Positions 36,623-52,472 of a DNA stretch of 64,000 nucleotides are shown one piece after another (within the stretch, counting starts at the first letter, position 1; every line of letters starts with the position of its first letter). Under the pieces are notes generated by a model, which was not told where the DNA came from, ran no database searches, and saw only the letters and a list, made by a program, of their open reading frames with translations. Position numbers and translations under genes: made by a program. Source of the DNA: the human T2T-CHM13v2.0 reference genome, Homo sapiens; NCBI RefSeq assembly GCF_009914755.1, contig NC_060927.1. The stretch is one strand, 5' to 3'.

Positions 36623-38119
36623 TTCCTTATGTCACTGGAAAATTAGGGGAAGTTCCTATATAGTCACAGTTAAGCATGTAATACTTGATCCATATTTTAG
36701 GGAAACAATGTTCCTGAGACCAGAGGGTGGGGACAGCACTACTGGTGAGAAACCTCAAGGAGAAATTCAATCTGGGAGGAAGGAATTGTGGCTGTTACAT
36801 AAGCTATTCCCATCCTGTGGGGATTCTTCTTCCATCGTCAGTCTAGGGGAATCTGCCTTTGATGTGACAAGGCAGCTTTGTGTTGGGAAGCAAGGCGAGG
36901 GCAGTAATGGCCAGGTCCTTAGAGATGCATTATGTAAGCATTTTCCATGGAACAAGTTACAAAAGAACAAGGGAAGAGAGCAGGGAAGCATTTAATTTTA
37001 GTCCCTGGGAGACTGAGGAGGCCTCAGATCTGTTTCCAGTCCTAATCTAGATTCTAGGGGGAAGAAAAGAGGCACTGTGTTAGCCCCTTCTCATGTGCCT
37101 TCTCATTGAATCCCATAGCAACACTTCACTTTTTTGAAGAAAAGTCTCATGCTGAAAGAGATCAAACAGCTGGTTTCAGGTGGCAGAGGTAGGGAAAGAT
37201 TAAGCCTGGATTCAAACTTGGGGCTATTGAATTTCAGGGTCCACTTTTGCTACTCCAGATTCAATTATCTTTAGTCTGTCTACTCCAAATTCTACACTCA
37301 ACATTTTGACCTTTTACTGTACTGATAATAGCAAAATAATTGTTTCAGCATATAAATATGCTGTTTCTGAATTATTATTTTGTGCTTGTATGAGGGATAT
37401 GGGTGTGAACCTCTGCACTGAGAAAAATGCCTACTCATGATGAAAGATTAGGCAACAAAACCAAAAATAGACTGTTCAGAGAAGTGAATAGGTTGCTTTC
37501 AGTGTCAAGTTTAATTAGGAGTGATACCTTCACTAACAAACTGCTTCTAAAAGGTTTTTCCATAAGTTTACTCTTAGAAAAAAATCCAGAGAGGTTTTCC
37601 ATGTGTCTATAAATGCCTTTGCTAGCCTGCGGTAATATTTTCTGTGTCTATCAAAGAATAATTCTAGGTAGAGCATATATGTCCTAGGGCTATGTGCTTC
37701 TTTATATGACTGTTTCCGGGATGCTGTTGACTATACAAGACAAGTCTACCACATGACTCATTAAACAGGAAGGACATATTATAATCTTCCTGTGGGTCTC
37801 TTTTTCACAGTTCATTTGTTTTCATCCAATCTGTTTTTTCCCCTATACCTGTCTCCTATCCTCTATTTTCACTTGCTTTAAACAGAGAAAGTATTTGGGA
37901 GACTGGATTTTAAGGATATTGAAGGAAAAGGCAATAGAGTATGTAATAACAATGCTATATAATCAGTAATTGCTGGCTCTAGAATAAAAATCAAGTTCCA
38001 AGGAAGCTGAGTTGAAAAAGTATATTATAACTGATACAAAGAATTAATTTGACTATGGATTTCACTCTGTCTCTAATCATGAAATACCCATAGGAATAAA
38101 TTTGGGGTGAGGGTTGGTG

Positions 38120-38335
38120 GACATATTTATTGATGGTATGCTAGGAAGTACTTTACCTACGCTAACTTACAACAGCTCTGTGAAGTAGTTACTTTTATTC
38201 CCATTTTATAGTTGAGGAAACTGAGGATTTCTTAACTAAGAGATTAAAAATAATCTTCCCAATATCACACTACTAGAATTTGGCAGAGGTAGGGTACAAA
38301 CCCTGGTGAGTCAGGCTCTAAACTTATGCTTTTTA
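38120..38335 (-). mobile_element. MIR SINE
   Basis: ATTCCCATTTTATAGTTGAGGAAACTGAGG core. Confidence 0.75.
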
Positions 38336-38529
38336 TTTTCATATGGAAGGACTTTTTAAAATAAATTGCATCTTTGGATTAATCATCAACAACTATGTGA
38401 CAAGGCACCTTCTAAAATTAGCACATTATTTTTTTCTATTTACGGCAGAAATATTTAACTAGAACTTACTTGCTAATATCTTATTCTCTCTCTTCCTTTT
38501 GTCCTTTTATGTAGTTGTACTAAGTTCTC

Positions 38530-40030
38530 TTTCCATTATGAAATGTATTATACAGACAGAAGTGCATATAAAATGAATGTGTAAAATTACAGAATCATAA
38601 CACAATGAATAACCATATACCCAGGTTAAGAAAAAAGAACATTACCAGCACCTTAGGTGTAATGTGTAAGCACTTTTCTGATCACAGTCTTCTCTTTTCC
38701 CTAAAGAGGCCACACTTTCTTGGATATTACTCATTTCTTTGTGAATATTTATAGTTTTGGCACCCATGTATGTATCCCTAAACATATTTGATTGCACTTT
38801 GAGCAGACGAATCACAAAATAAATCTGGCATTATAGGAAAAGTCAATAGGTTCACAATTAGAGCAAGGCTCCCAAGAGAAGATAAACTAAACAGAGTTTC
38901 TGGGGCATATCCTGAATTCATCTTTCCCCCAATTTTGCAGGAACTTCTGGAGAAATTAATAGGAAAGGTGGTACATTAAAGTGGAAAAAATAGAGCTTCT
39001 TACAGGTGGACATCTGGAAGAGCTGGAGCAAAACAAGAGACAGGACAAATAGAAAAAGTGAGTTTTGTATTTTCTACTTCAAGCCCACCATTGCATACCA
39101 ACAGTTCTCAGGAACATATCTAAGAAAAACACTTTAGTTGAGCAACTCAGGTGATCAAACTTGAACCAGGTAGCAGCTTACAAGGAAAGTAAAAATTTCA
39201 TTGGCACATGATCTGGACAAGACAAGTACAGAATGCTCACTTGGACATTTTGTCCTAGGTTTAAATGTAGGTATAGTGGTATCAGACCACATACTTCAGT
39301 TTCTCCCCACCACAAGGAAGACAGTTTGGAGTTTTAGTTTTGCCAACTTAGGAAGGTTTGGTAACCATCTTAAGTTTTCCATTGATACCCCAGAATGATC
39401 ACATCTTAGGGATATAAATTAATATCCAGAATGAAAAGATTTGCACTGAGGTTAGGGGAAAAACCTAAATAGACCCTCCTGAATAAAGCATAAAGGCAAA
39501 TCCCTACGTATTCAGTTAATCATTGCAAGAACAAAACCCAAAAACTTCTAGAGGAAGATATCAAAATTCAGTGTCTTACAACTTATCATCTACAATGTAT
39601 AATATACAATAAAAATATCTAAACACGTGATGACACAGAAATATGTGACACACAGACCAAAGTCAGTCAGTAAAAAGAGAACTGCATAATTCATGAAGAG
39701 ATTTAGAAATTGCTTAACGGAATAACATAAAACACCTAGAACTAAAAATATAATATATTAAGTAAAAATGTATTGCATCAGTGAATTTGAACATTGGCCA
39801 ATAGAAATTATGCAAACTGAAGTGCGGAAAGAACTAAAAGAGACTCAGTGGCACGTGAGATGTTCTCAAGTCATCCAAAAATATATGAAATTAGAGTCCC
39901 AGTAAAAAAAGGAGAGTGAGAATGGGGCAGAGAAATATTCGGGAAAAATATTGACTAAAAATATTCCAGTATTTGACCAAAAAACAGTAAACTACCAATC
40001 CAAGAAGTTTAACAAATCTCAAGCAAGATA
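38530..40030. mobile_element. Ancient L1M(E) debris: 3'UTR piece (minus, ~38530-38790) and 5'/ORF1-like piece (plus, ~39000-40030)
   Basis: CAATAGAAATTATGCAAACTGAAG, AATTAGAGTCCCAG, GAATGGGGCAGAGAAATATTC resemble L1M ORF1. Confidence 0.6.
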
Positions 40031-40364
40031 CTTATTCATTTAAAGAAAACTTCTATATCTTTTGCAAAATATTTTATAAAAGATGTGAACTCTTTTCATA
40101 TCCAATATCTTTACCATATGGGGGCAGGAGAGAAACAGTTCTAAATATTTATTCTAAATAAAAGATGATTTTATATTTTTATTTGTCAGATTAAGAGGAT
40201 TTCCCAATCAAACAGTTCCATATTTTGAGCTCTGTCAGGAAACTTGGAGCTGGATATAGCAGAGGTACTTGTAGCAATTAAGTTATTGCTATCCTATCCT
40301 TCTCCAAAGAGCTTTTCTTCTGTTTTTTAGTGCTCCCCTCCCATATCTCATGTACACTTTATGC

Positions 40365-40605
40365 TAAAAAGAACCTATAGCAGATGGGTTTTGGAGTTAA
40401 CCAGACCTGAATAGGAATTTGCTCCTTAACCTTCCTCATTGTATGATTTGACCCCTCTGCACCTGAATTTCTTAATCTGTGAAATGAGGGTTATAAGAAT
40501 ACTCACATTATCTGTGTTACAGCATTGTTAGAGAATTTAATTATAAAATGCATGCAGAACCCATACATCCTGGCATGGAATGAGATCTCAGTTAATGTAG
40601 ACTAT
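40365..40605 (+). mobile_element. MIR SINE
   Basis: CTCTGCACCTGAATTTCTTAATCTGTGAAATGAGG core. Confidence 0.6.
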
Positions 40606-41869
40606 TATTATTTAGTCACCTCAAATAATGCTTGGGACTAGCTGTCATATAAAATGCAAATTAAAAACAGTAAAGTCATCAAGTACCAAGGAAATACTTA
40701 TCTAAAGATAAAGTAATATGGGGAATTTTGAAACTAATGAGAGATTACCAATCTTTGTCTCTGGAATAAATACTGGACCCCCTTGTATGATGGTTTCAAA
40801 TTTCCGGGCAATGGGAACAGTGCATTTAGTAGACACAACATTTGCTCATGGTATAATTAATAGAATGCGAATATAAACAGGTCCTCAGACCTCTTTGGTT
40901 AAGTTCATTCATTTTACTGCTAGTGAAATACAACAATTATGTGTATTCATAATGCACTGGATCTTTAAATTTCATAATTTTTGTTATTTTCCAGAATTCT
41001 GCAGTACTTCCTGTGGACCCTAATCCTTAGTCTCCAACTCACTTATTTTGAAAATGGCTAAATCAGAAGGAGGTAGAGCATCTGTAAAGTGGGAATAATA
41101 GCATCTTCCCAGCTTACCTCCCAAGTTGTTATGAGGATTAAATTGTGAAATATTTGGGGGAAAATATGTGCAAGTAGGAAACTGAATTCTCATTATTTGT
41201 CTCTGTAGCATTTCTTTTAATCAGCAAACAAAATTCTGGTATTTATACTCCTAGCTAATGAGGAAGTTCCTATTTTACAAAATAAAAAAAAATTATTTGG
41301 TTTTATTTGTAAAGAGAAATACAAGAAAAAGATTATCAGGCAGTATTTTTCCCTCTTGCCTTTTAAAAATAATATGACTTTGAAACAACTACTATTTAAA
41401 GTTTGGGTGTGAGGAACAGTACAATGTACACAGCCATTTGACCTTTCATTAGGATAGAAGTATCTTTTCTGGTGCCCAGAAAAAATGGTAAATAATAATA
41501 GCTCCATTATAATAAAAAGAAACCAAGCAGATAATGATCCCATTGTGCCAAGAGCTTTTATTCCTCTTTCCACATGTAAATGGATGGCTTCTTGATCCAT
41601 ACTTTTTTCTTCTACCTTTCCAATATCCTCTTATACCCCCATTGAACAACACTGTGTGACATAAGAGAGATGTCAGACTTACTTACTTACTTTCAGACAT
41701 AGGCATTATTTGGCTAAGTGTTTGCCAACACCAAGATAAACCATCTTTTTCTGAGTTTGAGTTCTACAATTTATTAGATTTTAGAGGTGTATTTTATGAT
41801 TCATATCATTTCAGAGCAAAAAGCATTTTTTTTTAAAAAGAAGAAATTATATTGAGAGCTTCGATGTGC

Positions 41870-43188
<1,319 letters not shown>

Positions 43189-43789
43189 TTATATACATGT
43201 TTCCTATAATTCTTACTAGAACCCTGGCATGTCAGTAGCCATAATCATTGTTATGGAACAGTTGAAGAAAAGACTGACACTACTAATACATCCATGTAAA
43301 AGGAGTTATCTTAAAACCAAAGGTCTAAAGGTCCAGTGAATGGGTACCCAAATTGTGGCTGACATGGCTCATTGAGTAATTTATTATGCTAAAGTAGCTG
43401 TTGTTTACCTCAGGTTTGACTTTACAAGGAAATCTGTGTATGTGCTGCAGGAAGATATATATTTTTTCTCAATTACTAAGAGATTACTAGCAGCCTGAGG
43501 TAACGTTTCCTCCAATTCCCAGAATTTAGATCCCGCTTTATTGACATTTCTTGTTCACTATTCAGTTTCCCCTACTGTCTGTGACCGTTTGAGGATAAGT
43601 ATTAATATTATGCCATTTTCATGTTTGTTTCCCCAACACTAAGTGCCTGGTATTTAGTAGGCTCTAATAAAATGTTTCTAGAAAAAAAGAAAAGAGGAGA
43701 ATGAGGGAGGCAGGAAGGTAAAAAAGGGAAAGGAAGGGAAGGAAAAGAAGAGAAAGAAAGCAGTCACATCTGCTTGCAAAAGTAAGCAA

Positions 43790-43932
43790 TGTAAAAATTA
43801 TTCCCATTTTTTCAGACAAGGAAACAAAAGAAGAAAAGAAGCGCCCAAGACCACCCATGTACTGGTTCAGTGGTAAAGCTGAGACCACACTCAATTATCC
43901 AGTCTTGGAGTCTGCGGAACACAGATTCCAGC
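43790..43932 (-). mobile_element. MIR relic
   Basis: ATTATTCCCATTTTTTCAGACAAGGAAAC...GCCCAAGACCAC. Confidence 0.6.
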
Positions 43933-44789
43933 ATCTGGGAAAGAGCAGGCACTCACACATTGGTGTTTCCCTTCTTTCTTCCCAATGAGCCTCTCTGCCC
44001 TCTCATAAGGAATTGTGTAGAGAGGTATTTTTCTAATTATTCACTTAGTAAAATGGAGCTTCTTAAGTATACTCAGAGAAACTAACAAAAGAAATGCCTT
44101 AATCATAGTATCATTTAACAAATTCTTTCTGGTTTTCTGGTTCTTCCTCCCTTACAAAATTCCATCCTTGACTGATAATACCGAGGACAGAAAAGTCCTA
44201 AAATTAATAAGCTGAAAATTGTGGGAAGTCAGTGGAATATATTTCAACAAAAGCAATTTGTAGGAAATGAAAGCTAGGTTACCTCTTTCTCTGGCTGTTA
44301 CTCTTTTGAACAATTAAAAACTTTCATATTTAAATTGTGGAGAATATTGAAATTATGTTTCAACTATACTTAGAGACCACATTTTCTTCTCAGACACATT
44401 TGCCCACAACTTTCACATCCCATTTTACAACCTAGAAACATGCCCCTTCTCTGGGCTCCCATGGAACCCTCTAACAACACATTTATTACATTGTCATAAT
44501 CTTTTAAACTATTGATTTCTCCCACTAGTTTTTAGTCCCTTGAGAGCAGGAACATACAGAGCACTATAAGATATTTGTTTGTATCAATGTGAGTCATATG
44601 TGAATATTAAACTATTTAATTTTTGTGATAAAATTACTTTCTTACTATAAAATATCTCTCTAAAATCCTAATTTCCTTCTGGACTATAGCTCTCTTATAT
44701 CATAGTTCTAAGAGACTATATGAATGCATGAGGAACACAAATTCAAGAGTGAGTTGGATGATTCCAACTACGTCATTCCACTTTGGAAC

Positions 44790-45220
44790 CTACAACACCT
44801 GGTGTGTAAGGTTTGGCCAAATAAGACTTCTGCACTTTAAAAGGCTTCATGGAACTAAGTGACCAGGAATCAACTACCAGCCACAGTGATTAGTTAAGGG
44901 AAGAGCTTGAAGCCTCAGTTAGTGCAAACAGAGAAAATCATGGGAGTTTTATTGGGACAATTGTTGAAAGAGAAGCTCTCTTCCTGCAGATGTTGCTGAG
45001 GTTGGCACATACTCTGAAAGTTCCAGCCATTATGAAGCAGGGAGGGATCTGCCTAACAATAGAGCCAACAGTGAGTACGAGAGAGAGTAGTAATGAAATT
45101 GCCTGAACCCTTGGATGCAGCCAAACATGACTTCTCAGTTACAGAAGCCAACACATTCTCCTTGTTGCTTAAGCTGTTTAAGTTTCTGTAACTGTCATCT
45201 GAAGATAAATGGCTAACAAA
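44790..45220 (+). mobile_element. MLT1J/K-like LTR relic
   Basis: TCAGTTACAGAAGCCAACACATTCTCC...GCTTAAGC...GTTTCTGTAACT. Confidence 0.6.
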
Positions 45221-45571
45221 GGTATGGCTTTGTCAAGATCTATGAAATGAATTGAATAGTATTAAATTCCATCAGCCAAAATCTCTTGTCAGTTACTAAA
45301 TATTGTTTCACCATGTTTTTCTTGACTATATTCCATTTAAGTCTACAAACCCATTATTGCACATCTACTATTCATGACCTCAACTCTAAAATAACCATCC
45401 TGACCAACTAGAAATAATCTTCCCTTTCCCTAAACTCTTAAAAAACTTTATTTGTAAGAAAACATTAAGATACTTTCAACTGTCTAAATAATTAGATAGT
45501 TGTCTTATATGGACCAACTTACCATAACTCAGCCAACTTTTTAAACTACTGCTTTACACCCTAAGATTTGT

Positions 45572-45708
45572 TTTATTAATTAATTAATTTCTAGAGATGG
45601 GATCTTGATGCATTGCCCAGGCTGAATTTGAACTCCTGGGCTCGAGCAATTCTCTTGCCTCAGCTTTCTGAGAATCTGAGACTATAAGTGCAGGCCATCA
45701 TACCCACT
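45572..45708 (-). mobile_element. FLAM / Alu left monomer
   Basis: AGAGATGGGATCTTG...TTGCCCAGGCTG...GAACTCCTGGGCTCGAGC. Confidence 0.8.
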
Positions 45709-46159
45709 TGAATTTTCCCCTGAATGACGAATAGATGAAACATCAGACTTTTTATTTATTTCAATTATTTTTTACTGGAATTACCAAATCGAAATTTTAA
45801 AATCAGTATTTCAATGTCATCATTGTATTAGTATTGTAATTATTCATTCTATTTATTAATTTTAGTTTTACTTGTGACTTAAATGTAATTTCATTGTCTA
45901 TATATGAGTTTCTTTGACTTTATTTATGTGTTTATGAATAGTTTGTGATTTCCCAAAATACCCATGGGAAATAAGTAACAAACAATTGCATAGTTTCATC
46001 TAGCTTTTGTGCAGTTCCTATTTTGAAGAACTTAGATGGATTATTTTACTCTTTTGGTTGTAACTATATTAGAGCTAGATTATCTGAAAAGTAAATCTTA
46101 CAGTGAAAATCCCTTAATGCCTATATTATTTATATAATTTGCTCCATTATATCAATCCA

Positions 46160-46612
46160 GACTCATTTCTAGCAACTCCCTGCCTCAAACCTTACACTCA
46201 GAAAACACTAAACCACTTGCATTTCCTAGAACATAATGTTGTTATGCTTTTTTTTGTCTTTGGACATATTCTCCCTTCTATTTGAAATGACTTTCTATCT
46301 TTTGTCAATCAGGGAAATTCTTATCTATCTCTCAAGCCTAAATTGAGCTATTATTCTCTCAATGAAACCTCCCAGGCACCCCCTTACTTTCCAAAGCAAA
46401 AGTGATCATTCCTTCCTCTCTGATAGCACTGAACCTATGTCTCATTATTAAACTTGGCCCTGCTGAATTATTTATTTGACTGTCTCTTCAACTAAAACAT
46501 GAGCTCTTTTAAAGTAAGGGGACCAGATCCCATGGATTATTGCATATCCAGAGGCTAGAATGTACTTGGTAATGTAGTAAATAATTTATGTTTGATGAAT
46601 GAATACATGAAT
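46160..46612 (+). mobile_element. L2 3' region relic
   Basis: TCTCAATGAAACCTCCC...TGAGCTCTTT...ATGTTTGATGAATGAATA. Confidence 0.55.
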
Positions 46613-46942
46613 TCATGTAGATAGCAAGAGTGATTTATGTATGTTTGATTAATTTAACAATCATTTCATTTTAATAAAATGTCTTTTGTATTAATCAATG
46701 TCCTAATTCTATTTTTATAGAAAATTTTTAAACACAAAAATGAGATCTCTGCACAAATTTTAAGTAAATTTGGGGTTTCTATGCAGAGTTTGAACTAAAA
46801 TTCATTAGCTAAGGTTCTAATTGAGCATGGCATTCTTCTTGTTGAAAAATTTAAATGACATGTTAATAGGTACTATCAGTGTTATGGCAGTGTAAAAAGG
46901 TCAAGTATTATTTCCAAAAGCAATTAACATATAAGACATATT

Positions 46943-47286
<344 letters not shown>

Positions 47287-47398
47287 CTAATAAGAAAAGA
47301 AAGACAAACCAAATAGAAGATAAGCAAGATCTTGAATAAACAATTCACACAAGAAATATAAATGGTTATACTTCTTAATATAAATTCCTTCCTACTAG

Positions 47399-47485
47399 GG
47401 AGGTGGAGGTTGCAGTGAGCCAAGATTGCATCACTGCACTCTAACCTGGGGAACAGAGTGAAACTCTGTCCCAAAAAAAGAAAGA
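47399..47485 (+). mobile_element. Alu right-arm 3' fragment
   Basis: GGAGGTGGAGGTTGCAGTGAGCCAAGATTGC...GAAACTCTGTCCCAAAAAAAG. Confidence 0.85.
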
Positions 47486-47841
47486 GACACATTTTGGCAT
47501 AAGAAATACTTTCAGCTTATAGGAAGATGTACAATAACTTCTCACACTGCAGAGATAAAATAACAAAAGAATCCACATTTTAAGCCACGGCTGCTAGAAA
47601 AATGACAAACTTACAGGTTTCATTAGAGGTCACAAAAATAGAAGATTCTCAGAGTCAAAAGACATTAAAATAGAAAATGTAAAAATTTCTGTTTCATCAA
47701 TTACATGGATGATTGAAATAAAAGATAATGTGCTTTCATTAAGATCCGTCAGACAGACCCTATTAAAAGGTAGAACCCACATCCACTTTCTATTCCATTG
47801 GAAGAAATTATGATGTTAGATTTACCAGGTTTTATATCTGA

Positions 47842-48156
<315 letters not shown>

Positions 48157-48499
48157 CAGAAACATTCATATTGCCCTTATTATTGAGTACACACAACTAG
48201 TAGCTTTCTTGTGGCAGTCACTTGTCATTTCAGAAAATGTGAACATATTTAGAACATTTATCATTTTGTGAAAGAAAACTTGGAAACATTTTTCACAATT
48301 AAAAAACAAACTTTGCCACACCTGTGAACCTCTTGAGGTATAAAATATTTTCAGTCATTTCCTGTCTCATAATAAAGTATCATTAAATGGTACAATTTAA
48401 GGAGAAATAGAAAATTTGAAGAGGCAAATAAATATTAAAAGGAATTATAATAGTAGACAATTTCCTCCTCACCTCATCCCTGTAATTAACTTATTATTA

Positions 48500-49520
48500 A
48501 ATTCTGTTGACCTAATTGGCTATCCATCTGGAAAAAAGCAAAACTAAATTTCTAATTCCTTTTGATATTTAAATATATGAAGTAGAACCATACAAATATT
48601 ATAATAAAAATTAGAAGACTGCATAAATTGGGGATGGAAAGAAATCTGGGATAAAAATAAGAAATATAAAAATCCATAAAGGACTAGACAAATATAACTA
48701 GTTACATAAAAATATTAAATGTTTTCAGGGTGAAGATATTATAATCAATAAAAGAGGATAAGCAGGAAATAGAAGAAAATTGTTTCATATCTAAGAGCCA
48801 ACAGGTTAATACAAAAGAGCCTCTAAAAATTATTGTCTTTAAAAAAATAAATCAATGGGAAAATGGACAAAGGATATAAGCATGTAATTAAAAAAAGAGA
48901 AAATTCAAGTGCCTAGTAAACTTAAGAAAAGATGTTTAACACGTTGTTACATAACCTGGTCATTAAAAATAAAAATATGCATTTCTTCTGCTACTTAACT
49001 TTTGGTAATCTCTTCTACATAAATAACAATAGTACATGTATAGACTGGATTGTTAATTGAAGCATTGTGGATAGTGAGAAAAAGCCAACTGGACACAGAG
49101 TGACTGTTTAAGAACAGGGGATTGGTTAAATAATGGTAGTAAAACCATACTATGACATGTTATTTAGTTCTTAAAAATAACAAGCTAGATTTCTATCTAT
49201 TGATTGGAGGAATATTCACAATGTACTATGAAGTGAGAAAAGTAACTTTCAAAATTTGTATAATATGATTCCATTAACAACAAACAAAGAAATTTTTTAA
49301 ACCTATTCTTGTGTGTATTTATATGAGCATAGAGAAAAGTAGGAGGAGTACATATAGGCTATAAAGATTGGTTACTACATAGGAATAAAAAGAGGGTTGA
49401 TGAAGGTGAGAGTCAGAAGCTGTATGTATGTAAAGATTACTATTTCTTACTTTTTATATGTTAAATTGTTCCACTGTTTGAAATTAGCGTGTATTACTTT
49501 TGTGATTAAGAAAAATAATC
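48500..49520 (+). mobile_element. Ancient L1ME 3' region
   Basis: GGGAAAATGGACAAAGGATATAAG, GAAAAGATGTTTAAC, GGGGATTGGTTAAATAATGGT. Confidence 0.6.
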
Positions 49521-49839
49521 AAATGAAAAGATGTCATGGGTCTGTATAAGCCATTCCAAATAAACATCGGTTAGAAAGGAACTTATAAATTTTGTAGAAC
49601 AATCCAAAAACTTGCAATCCAATGAACAATCCAGAATACAAACAATTTTCTGTTAAAAGTATCTGGGCTTAGGTTAATTTTTATTTCCAACAAAGGTTGG
49701 GGCCAAAGTAAAGTTGGTTTGTTGTCAATGAATACCACTGGGCTTTAGTTGAATCTACAAATAAGTGGAGTAGATTAATATATCCTTTCTCTGATATTCT
49801 AGGCTGATATTCTATTCTGATATTCTTCAAGGTTTCCAT

Positions 49840-50830
49840 AAAAATTTAATTCAGCAAATATGCAGTCAACATGTATTATATGATTGCAGTGTGCTAGGTA
49901 ATAGTCATGTACATATGGATAAGATTTGACATTCACCCTCAAGAAACTCAGTCCACCAGAGGGAAAAGTAGGCACTTAACTCCACACATTGCAATTATGA
50001 ATTATACAGGAAGGCACAGAAACATAATTATGAAAAAGGTAGGTTTCTGGAAGATGTGAACTGGCTGTCAAGGATTAGCAGGAGTTTGTGAAGCAAATTA
50101 ATATTTCAGGCTGAAGGACTAGAACATACAGAGACAACAGAAGAGAATTTTCCGTGTATGTCTGCAGAAAGATGAGTAGCTGAGTGTAATTACAATACAG
50201 GATACGTGGAAAGTATCAAAATATGAAGCTGGAAAGCTGGTTCATTAGGGCTGCTTGTGCCAAGGAATTTGCATGATAGCCTACAAGTGAGTGGTTCTCA
50301 AACTTCTGTGAACACAATAACAACTTGGGAATACTTATTACAACTCAGATTCCTAGAACCCAGCCCTATGAGACCCAGGAATCTGTATTTTAATATCAGG
50401 TGATATTGGGAAAAATACTATAAACCCAGTGAAATCATTAAGATTTTAAATTAGAGTTGATTATCATACCTGTTTTAGGTGACTAACTCTGATGCCAGTG
50501 TGGAGAGTGGATTAGAGTTGGAGTCTGGGGGCTGGGAGACTGAGTTCGCATATTCACATGCCATTACCAATGCACAGTTGAAAGATGATGAAAACATAAA
50601 TTAGGGCACCAGCAGCAATAGAGATAGACACTTGGGGCGAGGCAAGTTTTGAAAGACATTGGAAATTGAATGAGCAAGATTGTCGACCAACTGAAAATTG
50701 GTGAGAGGCAGGGTGGAGAGAAAAAGAATGAGAAACAAAACCAAAAAAACCCCAAAGATTCCACACTCCTGGGACAAGATGTTGTTCTGAGGCTCTGTAG
50801 TGAGTAACCACCCAAACAGGAATAAAAAGC
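49840..50830 (-). mobile_element. L2 relic containing a MER5-like element
   Basis: ATTCAGCAAATATG...GTGCTAGG...CCCTCAAGAAACTCAGTC; ACTCTGATGCCAGTGTGGAGAGTGGATT. Confidence 0.55.
50287..50422. mobile_element. MER5A-like hAT-Charlie
   Basis: AGTGGTTCTCAAACTT ... CAGATTCC ... CCCAGGAATCTGTATTTTAA. Confidence 0.65.
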
Positions 50831-51149
50831 ATTAATAAATCAATGACAACTTTCTTCAGTGAATACACTTCTGAAAGCCAGCCAGCCTGACCTGAAGAAG
50901 TATGCCTCTACAGCTGGCTTCAGCCACTCCCACTCCTGAAAGTCTTTCAAACTCTGAAATCTATGCCTCCTCAAAAGTCTGTCAATTTCTCCCCATGCCT
51001 TTTCCAAATGTTGGCTTTGCTAAGGGAAACTTCCCTGCTACCATCATTCTCCCTGATTTAAGAAAGTAACAAATTCATTTATTGTTTTAGTTATTGTATG
51101 ATGATCTTGTCCTTTGACAGGAAGAAGTCAATGTAGAAAAAAAAAGGAA

Positions 51150-51960
51150 ACTAACACATGTTTAGTGATGGCTATATGTTAGACATTTTACCAGATGCTT
51201 TCATTTTAATCTTGATTTATTTATTTTCTAAAACTCTTTGAAGTATTATTCTATTTTGCACATGAGGAAATGGAGGCTTGAGAAAAGAAACTCATACAAA
51301 ATCATAAAACTAATCTGATTTTGATCCAGAATTCGATCCCAGGACTTCTGACTCCAAGTCTTGTGTTTTTCCTAGATTTTAGTTTAATGAACATTAACTG
51401 AGATAGTAAGTCAGGAAGAAAAGCAGATTTCAGGAGATAGATAGAGTTTTATAACAGACAGGTTAAAGTTGGAGACTGCTAAAGGATATTGAAGAGGAAA
51501 TGGGCAATAAACAGTTGGAAATATAGATGAAACTCACTGGAGAAGTTGGGACAAGAATGATATGTTTAGGATAAATTACATCCTATGCCGATGCAAGATT
51601 AAATGATAGACATTTAAGGTGCTATTGGAGGAGAAAAAATGACAGAAAGGGAGGGGGGTAAATCATTATTTAAGGAGAGCACAAAAAATATACACTTACA
51701 TAAGAAGACAGACAAAGAAAGTTTTAGTAATGGAGGATGTGATTGACAATGCTGAATGTTGAAAGTAAAACAAGATGAGATATTTATGCAGTTACTGGAT
51801 CCAATAGCTACATCTTCTTTGATTTCGATCAGAGTAGTTTCATTCAAGTGACAGGAATATAGACCAATGAATTGAAGAGCAAATGAGTGGGAAAAGGGAA
51901 GAGATAGACTTTTCAGCTCCCAGTAGTGAAGGAGAAATTAAAGCAGAAAGTGGCTGAAGG
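51150..51960 (-). mobile_element. MIR (51150-51370) and L2 (51380-51960) relics
   Basis: ATTTTGCACATGAGGAAATGGAGGC core; L2-type CAGTTGGAAATATAGA. Confidence 0.55.
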
Positions 51961-52394
51961 GAAAAACAGAATTGAGGTATCTTTTGTTGCTGTTTTTAGG
52001 ATAGGAAAAACTTTAGCATACTTGTAAGCAAAAGGGAGGGAATCAGTGAAAAAGGTGATTTAGAATTAGGTGAGAGGAGAGGGAGGGATTAAGCTTTTGT
52101 GTGAACACCTTTTCCTCTAAGACATGAAGATAAAAGGAGAAGGTGGGTGAAGTGATGGATAGGTTTTTCAGTAGAGAAAAAAAATTAAGGGATCGTCTTA
52201 CTGTTAATACAGACAATTATCTATACATAAACTTTCTTTTATTTAATCATAATAGTTTTTCTCAAGGCAATATATATTTTGAGTTTTAAAATAAGACATA
52301 TTTGTGTCAGTATATTAGAGTGGTAAATCATTTCAGAAAAACTAGAAAGCATGGAGAATGGCACATAGGATTAAGACAATAGGAATTTGAGACC

Positions 52395-52421
52395 ATATAT
52401 ATGTACATATATGTGTATGTG

Positions 52422-52472
<51 letters not shown>
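52395..52472. repeat. Compound (TA)n/(TG)n microsatellite
   Basis: ATATATATGTACATATATGTGTATG...GTGTGTGTGT...ATATATAT. Confidence 0.9.

Noticed and set aside
50870-51120. Possible LTR 3' end (…GTCCTTTGACA)
   Set aside because: Too degraded to define a 5' end or family by eye.
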